A stretch of 40,000 nt of DNA, from positions 1,526,433 through 1,566,432 of the forward strand of contig CAVRBU010000002.1 of NCBI GenBank assembly GCA_963719315.1. The letters run 5' to 3'. The notes below the pieces were generated by a model. That model was not told the DNA's origin and searched no databases. It saw only the letters and a program-made list of their open reading frames with translations. This document shows, in pieces, positions 1-8,056 of this stretch; positions within the stretch are counted from its first letter, which is position 1; every line of letters starts with the position of its first letter. The position numbers and the translations under genes were made by a program. The stretch comes from an uncultured Planctomycetota bacterium (lineage in GTDB: Bacteria; Planctomycetota; Planctomycetia; Pirellulales; Lacipirellulaceae).

Positions 1-8
1 TGGCGAAG

Positions 9-63
9 TAAATTCCAAGTGGAGCGGAAGGAAGTTGAACCCTCGACTTCTGCATTGCGAACG
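9..63 (-). repeat. Truncated tRNA-Ala 3' half (direct repeat of 774-827)
   Basis: About 54 nt with 2 mismatches and 1 indel against the 3' part of the intact tRNA at 783-855 (anticodon loop to discriminator) plus about 10 nt of trailer. No D arm or 5' acceptor strand lies upstream, and T-stem pairing is degraded. Confidence 0.85.
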
Positions 64-244
64 GACACCCGCAACATGCGGAAAACACGTAAATTATTGG
101 GGTTTCACTCTTTCAACCCCATCGTAATTAGTGACTATTTCGCCTGCAATGACATATTTTGACATCGAAGCGTGCATTTACCGTGCATCGGACATCGCGT
201 TTTCATCGGGAATTTCGTGCTACGAAACATTGCGCGTGCAGCGG

Positions 245-730
245 TCAGCGTGCATTTTGCTGTGCATCGCTTTGCTGCTTTGCGAAGTATTCCTCGGCTG
301 CCGCCTTGGTCGTTGCGTCGGTTTGTTCTTTCAACTGTTGATTGATACCCCATTCATGACCAAAAGGATCGACGATCTTTCCGTAACGCGCGCCCCAGAA
401 CATATCCTGTACCGGCATCAGCACGCTTGCGCCGTGCGCCGTGGCGCGCTCAACAATCGCGTCGGGATTATCGGTTTGCAGCGTGATGCGCGCGGTTGTA
501 CCGCCCAATGTCTGCGGCGTTCGGGTGGTAACGTCGTCCTTCTCTGCAAATTCGTCGCTGAGAAAAAGCATGTGATCGTCGAGAATAATCTCGCCGTGCA
601 TCAGGCGAGTGCCTCCTGCTTCCATCATCACGTCGCCAGTCTCGGCTCCGAATACTTCCTGATAAAACTTGAGCGCCGCCATCCCATCATTGACGACCAG
701 GTGCGGAATGAATTGATCTTTGCGAGCCAT
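245..730 (-). CDS. VOC (glyoxalase/PhnB-like) family protein, 161 aa
   Basis: Complete ATG ORF. The motif FWGARYGKIVDPFGHEWGIN is typical of PhnB/YjdN-type VOC proteins. The + strand ORF 131-748 is its shadow. Confidence 0.8.
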   Translation of the reverse strand: MARKDQFIPHLVVNDGMAALKFYQEVFGAETGDVMMEAGGTRLMHGEIILDDHMLFLSDEFAEKDDVTTRTPQTLGGTTARITLQTDNPDAIVERATAHGASVLMPVQDMFWGARYGKIVDPFGHEWGINQQLKEQTDATTKAAAEEYFAKQQSDAQQNAR

Positions 731-782
731 CGCGCACTCTCTTTTTGAACTTTGTAGGATGGGTCAACAGCTTAAATTCAAG

Positions 783-855
783 TGGAGCGGAAGGGAGTTG
801 AACCCTCGACCTCTGCATTGCGAACGCAGCGCTCTCCCAACTGAGCTACCGCCCC
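783..855 (-). tRNA. tRNA-Ala (anticodon CGC)
   Basis: Hand-folded 73-nt cloverleaf. Acceptor GGGGCGG/CCGCTCC carries the G3:U70 Ala identity pair. D arm GCTC-AGTTGGGA-GAGC, anticodon arm CTGCG-TTCGCAA-TGCAG, T arm GAGGG-TTCAACT-CCCTT, discriminator A. CCA is not encoded. Confidence 0.95.
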
Positions 856-1006
856 AGTGAAGCGGGTGTGTGGCCGCCTCTTTATTGAGCTTGGTATTTT
901 AGGGGCCGCAAGTGGCGCTGTCTAGGTTTGCAGGAATGCACCATACTAAGGTTTGGGGCAAAGTCAATGAAATACCCCGTCGCCTGCATCCCGAAACCTC
1001 AAGCGT

Positions 1007-1477
1007 TTACCGCGGCGACTTCGGGCTCTCGCCCAGCATCGGGCGCAGCTCTTCGAAGAAATCGTAGGCGTCGTTGAATTGGCGGTACACGCTCGCGAAG
1101 CGGACGAACGCCACGGCATCCAGATCGCGCAGATAGCGCATTACGATTTCGCCCAACTCGCGGCTTTCGATTTCGCTATCGAAGTGCTGGTAGACATCGG
1201 TTTCAATCGCGATCGCCGTTGCTTCGATCTGCCGGGTAGTGATGGGCCGCTTCCAACAGGCGCGCTCCAGACCGCGCTTGATCTTCTCGCGCTCAAATGG
1301 CACCCGCGAACCATCTTTCTTGATCACCTTGATCGTGGTTTCTTCCGGCCGCTCGTAGGTCGTGAAGCGGCGGCCGCAACTCACGCACTCGCGCCGCCGA
1401 CGAATTGCCAGGCCGTCCTGACTCGAACGGGAGTCGATCACGCGGTCATTATCCATCCGGCAGTAAGGGCATTTCAT
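1007..1477 (-). CDS. nrdR: Transcriptional repressor NrdR (zinc ribbon + ATP-cone), 156 aa
   Basis: Starts MKCPYCRMDNDRVIDSR...CVSCGRRFTTYER, followed by an ATP-cone. The internal ATG at 1477 is preferred over the ORF-track start at 1573, whose 32-aa extension has no NrdR counterpart. Confidence 0.93.
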   Translation of the reverse strand: MKCPYCRMDNDRVIDSRSSQDGLAIRRRRECVSCGRRFTTYERPEETTIKVIKKDGSRVPFEREKIKRGLERACWKRPITTRQIEATAIAIETDVYQHFDSEIESRELGEIVMRYLRDLDAVAFVRFASVYRQFNDAYDFFEELRPMLGESPKSPR

Positions 1478-1598
1478 ATTCGCACTACTATACCGTGCGG
1501 CGCGGCATCGTACAGGAACCCGAAAATAGTGGCCTCTCGGATTCCATCCCGAATAATGGCTGGACGTGGCCACGCCCCGCCCGACAATGCACTACACC

Positions 1599-2569
1599 AT
1601 GACGCTTTTTGGAGTTCTCAACGTTGACAAACCGGCCGGGCTCACATCGCGCGACGCCGTCGATCGCGTTGAGCGACTAGTCCAGCCTGCGAGGGCTGGC
1701 CATGCCGGTACGCTCGATCCGCTAGCAACCGGCGTCCTGGTAATTTGCGTGGGGCAGGCAACTCGGCTGATCCAATATGTTCAGCGGATGCCAAAGACTT
1801 ACCTAGCCACGTTTTTGCTCGGCCAGACCAGCGAAACGGACGATCTCGAAGGCCAACTCACGCCGGTCGCCGCAGCAACCGAGCCGACACGAGAGGCGGT
1901 CGAACGAGCGCTGCCCCAATTCATCGGCGATATCCAGCAGCAACCGCCGATCCACTCGGCCATCAAGCTTGCCGGCCGCCGTGCGTACCAACTTGCGCGC
2001 GCGGCGCGGAGGTCGAACTACCGCCGCGCACCGTCACGATTCACAAGATCATGGTGCGGCGATATGACTATCCCCAACTGGAAGTCGATGTCGAGTGTGG
2101 CAGCGGCACGTATATTCGTGCGCTTGGTCGCGACTTAGGCGCTGCCCTCGGCACAGGAGCTTTGATGTCCAAACTCGAGCGAACGTCGATCGGCGCTTTT
2201 AATGTTGAAGAGGCCATTCAGATCGATGAGTTGACCGCCGAAACGCTCTCACGACAACTGCAGCCCACGCTCGCGGCCGTAGCCAATTTGCCGCGCGTTA
2301 CGCTCACTGAAGCCCAACTTCTCGAAGTTCGTAACGGCCGGCCGATCCTAGCGGCATGGCTTTGTTCGGAACCCTCTCCATTTGGGAGAAGGCAGGTCGC
2401 TCAGGACTCGCTGTGGCGAGGCGGGAGCACCTTGGATGCCAGCCATCGGCCCTCTGGCGACCTCGCAGAGTTGGCCGCCGTCGATGCAGCCGGCAGTCTC
2501 GCCGCCATCCTTTTCGAAAAGCGGCCGGGCGAACTCTGGCCCCGGTTGAACTTTAGCCGATCGTCATGA
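1599..2569 (+). pseudogene. truB: tRNA pseudouridine(55) synthase TruB, interrupted by a 1-nt frameshift near 1995-2011 (possible assembly error)
   Basis: The N-terminal part (LNVDKPAGLTS, HAGTLDPLATGVL, PPIHSAIKLAGRRAYQLARA) is in the frame of ORF 1566-2138. The continuation (GAEVELPPRTVTIHK, GSGTYIRALGRDLG, C-terminal PUA-like part) is in the frame of ORF 1745-2569. The switch lies in gcgcgcgcggcgcgg. Confidence 0.88.
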
Positions 2570-2932
2570 CGTTAATCTGCGCCGATTGTGCAGCGCGTAA
2601 CGTCGCAATGACAATTTTTTAACTTGCCAACACGTTTTCTGTCCATCGGCGGTGTCGATCTTCCGGGTGGCGACGGAGATACTTTGAATAGCCACCACGT
2701 AAATCGTGACGCCGCAACGACCTAATGTGGCCACGCTAGCATCTTTGGTCGAAAACTATTGATGTGTGGCATGATCCGCTGGAAGGCTCCCTTTCCAGAA
2801 GACGCCAGCCGCATGGGTCCGATACGGATAGCTCGTCGGGCATGGACGTGCCCTCACAATTCACTCGCACGATTGTATAGACCGGCCGCTCGGTTACGCT
2901 TGTCTCGCGGCAGGTTGGCAAAAACGTCCACG

Positions 2933-5809
2933 ATGTTCGAAGACCGCAGCTTGAAGATTGATTTATTCGCGCTCGCGTTGTTGGCGCTCGTCGCGTTCCT
3001 GGGCCTCTCCCTGTGGACGTACGATGCGACCGACCCGCCGAGCACAAACGTCTGGCCGCCCAGCGACGTGGTCCACAATGCTTGCGGGCAGGCCGGCGCG
3101 CTCACCTCGCACTATTTATTCGAAAGCCTCGGCATCGGGGCGTATTATCTGGCCGGCTCGCTCGCTGTGTTGACGTTCTTCCTGTTGCGGCGACGTGAAA
3201 TCGATCAGCCGATTATTCGTACTTTGGGCTGGGCCGTTTCGGTGGCCGGCCTTACCACGTTGGCCGCGCTCGCCATCCCCAATTGGACCCCCGGCCCGAT
3301 CATTGGCGCTGGCGGTTACATCGGTGCGATGGGCCGCAGTTTGCTCGAATCGCACTTCGCGGTTGCCGGAGCTTACATCTTTGCGCTCAGTGTGCTGCTC
3401 GCCGGTCTCTTGCTCTCGACCGATTACTTTCTGTTCCGCGCCGCCGCAGTGACGACGAGCGTCACTGGCCGATCGCTCCTGCACGTGGGCCATTTCGGTC
3501 ACGTTGTCCGCAAAGCCGCCCGAGTGAAGTCCGACCTTGAGGTCACTGAGCTTGACGAAGAAGATGAAGATGACGCAGAAGACGACGAAGATGCAGAAGA
3601 AGAATCCGATGAAGTCGAAGAAGACACTGAAGACGAAGAAGAATCCTACGACGAAGATCGCGAAATCAAAGTCCGCAAGTCAGGAGAAGTCGCTGGAAAG
3701 CCAGCCGACTCAAACGACGGCGGAAAAACTTCCGCTGACGATCAATCCGCCGCCGGCCCCGCTTCTCGCCTGGCGAACGGTTTGAAAGCCGCGCTCGGCC
3801 TCGCCGGCAAAGGCAAACCGCCGGCGGCGCCGCCGATTTCCGTCACGAAGCCTAAAACGGAACGCGAAGTGGTCATCGAACAACTGGAAGCAGCCGAGCA
3901 ATCGGTCGAAGACTCCGATTACGAATTGCCGCCGCTCGACTTGCTCCTGCCCAACGATGACGTGTGCTACGAAGAGCAAGAAAAAGAGGTCCGCCGTAAG
4001 GCCAAGGTCTTGGAAAAAACGTTTAAGAATTTCGGCTTCAACATCCGCGTCGTGGAAATCGAAACCGGCCCGGTCATCGCCCAATTCGAAGTCGAATTGG
4101 AGGCCGGCCTGCGACTCTCGAAAATCACCGGCCTGTCCGAAGACCTCGCGATCGCCCTCCGCGTGCCGAGCGTCCGCATCGTCGCCCCGATCCCCGGAAA
4201 GAACACGGTCGGAATCGAAGTGCCGAACGAGATTCGCCAACTCGTCCGCCTCCGCGAAGTGATCGAAGAAACGAACGGCAAAGCGAAGCGGATGAAAATC
4301 CCCATCTACCTCGGCAAAGACGTGGCCGGCAACCCGATGGCCGTCGACCTTACGACGCTTCCGCACCTCTTGATCGCCGGCCGCACGGGTACGGGCAAAA
4401 GCGTGTGCCTCAATACGATCATCGTATCGATCCTTATGTCGCGCGGGCCAGACGAGGTTCGCATGCTGATGATCGATCCGAAGATGGTCGAGCTAAGTGG
4501 CTATCGCAAGCTACCGCACCTCATGCACCCGGTCGTCACCGACATGCGCAAGGCCGAAGCGATCTTGGCCTGGGCCGTTGACAAAATGGAAGAGCGTTAT
4601 CAACTCCTGTCGCGCGCCGGCGTGCGGCACCTTAGCGTGTACAACCAGTTGGGTGATGATGAACTGCGCGACCGCATCCGGCCCGAGAACGACGAAGATT
4701 GGCGACAAGTCCCCCGCCACTTGCCGTATATCGTCATCGTGGCCGACGAGTTGGCCGACCTCATGATGACCGCCGGCAAAGACGTCGAGCAGCACATCAT
4801 CCGCCTCGCGCAAAAGAGCCGGGCCGTTGGTATCCACTTGATCCTCGCCACGCAAAAGCCGACAGTGGATGTCATCACCGGCCTGATCAAGTCGAACCTG
4901 CCCGCGCGCATCGCGTTCCAAGTCGCGAGCCGCACCGATAGTCGCGTGGTGCTCGATGAGATGGGCGCCGACAAACTGCTTGGCAATGGCGATATGCTTT
5001 ACCTCTCGCCAGGCACAAGCACCATGCTCCGCGGCCAAGGCACGTTCCTCTCGGATGATGAAATTGTCCGCGTGGTCGATTTCGTCGGCGTCGATGATCC
5101 GCAATTCGCCGGCGAGTTGATGCAACTCAAGACGAAGGACGAACTCGAAGCCGCCGCCAGCGGCGGTGGCGGAAACTTTCAAAGCCGCGACGACCTGTAT
5201 GATGCAGCCGTCGATATCGTTATCCGCGAGCGCCGCGGAAGCTGCTCGCTACTGCAACGGGCACTCGGCATCGGTTACGGCCGGGCTGCTCGCCTCGTCG
5301 ACTTCATGGCCGAGGACGGCATCGTAGGCCAGTACAACGGCTCGCAAGCCCGCGATGTTTTGATCTCGCTCGAAGATTGGGAATCCCGCCACAATGAATC
5401 CGCCGACCCGACGGCGCCTGCAAAACCCGTCGAGTCCGCTCTAGCAGCCATCGGCAGCGTCGCCAAACCGCGAACCGTAGGAGCGTTGCCCGCGACGATC
5501 GCGACGGTAGCGCCGCGCCGTCGCAATAAGATCGTCCCCGAACCCGATGAGCAGAGCGAACTCGAAGACGAATTCGATGAGGATGAGTACGAAGAAGACG
5601 AAGTGGACGAGGACGTGTCTGAGGAGGACGAATCCGAAGACGAATCCGGCGAGCCCGCTTCAGCCGACGGTGACGGCGAGGAAGAATGCGAATCAGAGGA
5701 GTCCGAGGACGAAGAAGACGAGGAATGGGAAGAAGACGACTCCGAAATTGAGGAATCAGACGATTCCGAAGAACTGATCGAAAAACCGCCAGCGCGAGCC
5801 ACTCGCTGA
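2933..5809 (+). CDS. ftsK: DNA translocase FtsK/SpoIIIE with acidic linker and long acidic C-terminal tail
   Basis: Four N-terminal TM helices, Walker A GRTGTGKS, Walker B IVIVADELADL, and gamma winged-helix LLQRALGIGYGRAARLVDFMAEDGIVG. The ATG at 2933 (MFEDRSLKIDLFALA) is preferred over 2759. Confidence 0.93.
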   Translation: MFEDRSLKIDLFALALLALVAFLGLSLWTYDATDPPSTNVWPPSDVVHNACGQAGALTSHYLFESLGIGAYYLAGSLAVLTFFLLRRREIDQPIIRTLGWAVSVAGLTTLAALAIPNWTPGPIIGAGGYIGAMGRSLLESHFAVAGAYIFALSVLLAGLLLSTDYFLFRAAAVTTSVTGRSLLHVGHFGHVVRKAARVKSDLEVTELDEEDEDDAEDDEDAEEESDEVEEDTEDEEESYDEDREIKVRKSGEVAGKPADSNDGGKTSADDQSAAGPASRLANGLKAALGLAGKGKPPAAPPISVTKPKTEREVVIEQLEAAEQSVEDSDYELPPLDLLLPNDDVCYEEQEKEVRRKAKVLEKTFKNFGFNIRVVEIETGPVIAQFEVELEAGLRLSKITGLSEDLAIALRVPSVRIVAPIPGKNTVGIEVPNEIRQLVRLREVIEETNGKAKRMKIPIYLGKDVAGNPMAVDLTTLPHLLIAGRTGTGKSVCLNTIIVSILMSRGPDEVRMLMIDPKMVELSGYRKLPHLMHPVVTDMRKAEAILAWAVDKMEERYQLLSRAGVRHLSVYNQLGDDELRDRIRPENDEDWRQVPRHLPYIVIVADELADLMMTAGKDVEQHIIRLAQKSRAVGIHLILATQKPTVDVITGLIKSNLPARIAFQVASRTDSRVVLDEMGADKLLGNGDMLYLSPGTSTMLRGQGTFLSDDEIVRVVDFVGVDDPQFAGELMQLKTKDELEAAASGGGGNFQSRDDLYDAAVDIVIRERRGSCSLLQRALGIGYGRAARLVDFMAEDGIVGQYNGSQARDVLISLEDWESRHNESADPTAPAKPVESALAAIGSVAKPRTVGALPATIATVAPRRRNKIVPEPDEQSELEDEFDEDEYEEDEVDEDVSEEDESEDESGEPASADGDGEEECESEESEDEEDEEWEEDDSEIEESDDSEELIEKPPARATR

Positions 5810-5994
5810 CAACCCGCCCAAAACCTGGCCGAAATCGGCCGGGTTTTCTCATCTTGCGGCGAGTTTCCGGCCAAAACTCCCTGATTTTTTGCCCCCGGCA
5901 TGCATCTTGCTGCCCCGTGCAGCCGGCTCTCGCTCCACGTGCCTAATTCCGCTAGCAGAGCAAGCGGGCTACACTATTGATGGAGGGAATTTCG

Positions 5995-6726
5995 ATGTCG
6001 CATAACTTGAATAGAATCGCACAGCTTTCGGCCCTTGGCGCCGCGTGCTCGCTAGTCGTCTGGCTAGGAACGACGAGCGCGAAGGAAGAGACTTCGGTTC
6101 TCGTAAACAAGCCCGCAGCAACGGCCGTCGACGCGCAAACCGGCCCGATATTGCCGCCGCCTGCCAGTCCGAGCGAGCAGCCTGCTGCCAACTCGAAGGC
6201 GAGCGATCCGTTCGCGCCCTCGGCAGCCGCTCCGAAGCAACTGCCGGTTCCGCCACAGCCCGCGCAGCCAGCCGCCCCGGCCGTGAAGCGGCCATTCATG
6301 CGGCCCGCCGAACCCCGCGAGCCGGCCAAAGGTAAGCTCGTCGGCGCGGAGCCAATGCCCGTACCGCCAGGCGAGAACCCTACGATTCAAGGACCTGCTT
6401 TAATTCCCGCTCCCGCGCCGTCGATCGATGGCGTGCGCGTCGAACCCACGCCGCCGATCGACTACGACACAGACCACGACGCTCGGCGAATGTACCGCAC
6501 CGGAAAAATCAACTTGGTAATGCTCACCAAAGACCCGACGAGCGGCTGTGCCTACGAAATCCCGATGTGCATCCCCGCCTGCTGCGTCGGCGACCCAAAA
6601 GTCTCGGGCGGCCGGGGAATCTTTGGCCGCGGCGTGGTTGAATACTGCTGGCCCTGCGGCTTTCGAGCAATCGTGAAGTTCCGCCACGTCCTCGGCAACG
6701 TAAAAGTCGAATACGAAGGCGATTGA
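5995..6726 (+). CDS. Hypothetical secreted protein: Pro/Ala-rich spacer plus Cys-containing C-terminal domain
   Basis: GGAGG lies 8 nt upstream of the ATG at 5995. Signal-peptide-like MSHNLNRIAQLSALGAACSLVVWLGTTSA, then a P/A-rich region, then C-terminal CAYEIPMCIPACCVGDP...YCWPCGF. I recognise no family. Confidence 0.6.
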   Translation: MSHNLNRIAQLSALGAACSLVVWLGTTSAKEETSVLVNKPAATAVDAQTGPILPPPASPSEQPAANSKASDPFAPSAAAPKQLPVPPQPAQPAAPAVKRPFMRPAEPREPAKGKLVGAEPMPVPPGENPTIQGPALIPAPAPSIDGVRVEPTPPIDYDTDHDARRMYRTGKINLVMLTKDPTSGCAYEIPMCIPACCVGDPKVSGGRGIFGRGVVEYCWPCGFRAIVKFRHVLGNVKVEYEGD

Positions 6727-6838
6727 CAGTAGCAGGCACGGCTCCGCGTGCCGTAGCACAATCAGTAGTTGTGCGCGGATCTCCCGACCCTACACCAGGT
6801 CGAACGCTAACCTGTAGCTAGCGGGGAGCATCAACTAA

Positions 6839-7282
6839 TCATCCACCGACGCGCAGCTCGGCAAGCAATTCCAAATCGGTCAATATACGAATGTTGAACT
6901 GAGCGCAGTAGGAGAAAACGTCCGGCCGCCGCAGATGTTGGTCGAGCGTGCAGAGAACATCGGCGCGTCCGAAAACCGCCGCTGCTACGATCGGGTCGTC
7001 GTCGGGATCGTGCCGCACTTGGAATGGGAGCGGACCGGTGACGTTGACTACTTGAGCAATAGCTTCCAAGTCGCACACATACCGTTCGACATCTTGAGGC
7101 GCAAGGCAATGAACTTGCTGGACTCGCGGATAATTAAGCACCCGACGCAGTTCGTCCAGAAGGAAGTTGGAGGCGATAATTGAATGCGGTGGATCGAGTA
7201 GCCGCAGAAAGAGCCGTCGCGCCGGACCACTGGATTGGCCGGTTGCACGTACCAGCACGTTCGTATCCAGAAAGACGCGCAT
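6839..7282 (-). CDS. PIN-domain toxin (type II TA)
   Basis: MRVFLDTNVLV start, acidic residues spaced as in PIN domains (D..E..D..D), DDDPIVAAA motif. Its ATG overlaps the upstream gene's stop (TGATG). Confidence 0.8.
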   Translation of the reverse strand: MRVFLDTNVLVRATGQSSGPARRLFLRLLDPPHSIIASNFLLDELRRVLNYPRVQQVHCLAPQDVERYVCDLEAIAQVVNVTGPLPFQVRHDPDDDPIVAAAVFGRADVLCTLDQHLRRPDVFSYCAQFNIRILTDLELLAELRVGG

Positions 7283-7566
7283 CAAGCTGGCCGCGGCCGA
7301 ATCTTTTCCAAGGCTTCGTCCACCGCCGCATCAACTTCTTCATCCGAGGCGTTGGTGATGGCGCGACGCCGATCGACTTTATCCAACGTGTGCCGGATGT
7401 TTTCCACGGCGGCCCGGCGGGTCGAGTCATCCACAATCTTGCCACCCGAAAAAACCATCACGCACACTTGCTGGTCGGCTTGGAGCGGTTGGCCGAGCAA
7501 GTTTTCCAGCGATCGGCGATCTGGCTCGGGAATGTCGTTGACCGGCAAGGAGATCATGTCGCTCAT
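7282..7566 (-). CDS. Putative cognate antitoxin, 94 aa, no recognisable DNA-binding fold
   Basis: Small acidic ORF (MSDMISLPVNDIPEPDRRSLENLL...) translationally coupled to the PIN gene. The antitoxin role is inferred from position only. Confidence 0.55.
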   Translation of the reverse strand: MSDMISLPVNDIPEPDRRSLENLLGQPLQADQQVCVMVFSGGKIVDDSTRRAAVENIRHTLDKVDRRRAITNASDEEVDAAVDEALEKIRPRPA

Positions 7567-7656
7567 GACCCAAGTATATGCGGAAACAGTGCCAGACGAA
7601 AGCAATCGGCAAACGCGCGTTTCCTCACGCGGCCTTACATATCCGCTGAATCTTTT

Positions 7657-8052
7657 TTATCGAAGAACTGTGAAACATTGCCTCCGGTCGAGCAATCGTC
7701 GCGTGCACCGGTTGCAAATATCTTTACCAATAATGAGCCACGTATCGCTTCCTAAATGCGGATTTCCGGTTAACGCAATTTCGCGACAATATGCGACGAA
7801 GATGCCGACGACCACGATGGCGATCGTGATCCGGGTGCGGAAGCGTGTTCCCTAGGTGTAGTCGAAGCAGAAGTTGCGGATACCGTTGAGGCCGTGGTAA
7901 AGGGCGATGAAAAGGGCTGTTCCGTGCGGTTGTTCAAAGACCCAGTCGCACATGTTCGACATGATCTCGATGCCGCTGGTTTGGATATCGCGCGAAGCAG
8001 GCAGTGCCATGCCGTCGCGATCATGCATCATTAGCCGCGAGTAACCGCACAC
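7657..8052 (-). pseudogene. Possible remnant of a succinate dehydrogenase/fumarate reductase membrane-anchor (cytochrome b-like) gene with in-frame TAG at 7852-7854
   Basis: The frame reads ...GTALFIALYHGLNGIRNFCFDYT*GTRFRTRITIAIVVVGIFVAY. The H-x-x-N-G-(I/L)-R...D-Y motif followed by a TM helix resembles the C-terminal half of SdhC/SdhD-type anchors. No N-terminal helices and no sdhAB nearby. Confidence 0.3.
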
Positions 8053-8056
8053 GGAT

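Noticed and set aside
131-748. 205-aa + strand ORF
   Set aside because: It is the shadow of the VOC gene on the - strand. Its translation is low-information and Cys/Arg/Leu-rich, and it matches no family.
1995-2011. Programmed ribosomal frameshifting at the truB and other frame junctions
   Set aside because: No X-XXY-YYZ slippery heptamer or downstream pseudoknot is visible. The sites are GC-dinucleotide or homopolymer tracts typical of indel errors.
3537-3670. Acidic repeat in ftsK as a separate gene or coding tandem-repeat element
   Set aside because: It is continuous in frame with the FtsK membrane and motor domains, so it is a low-complexity linker.
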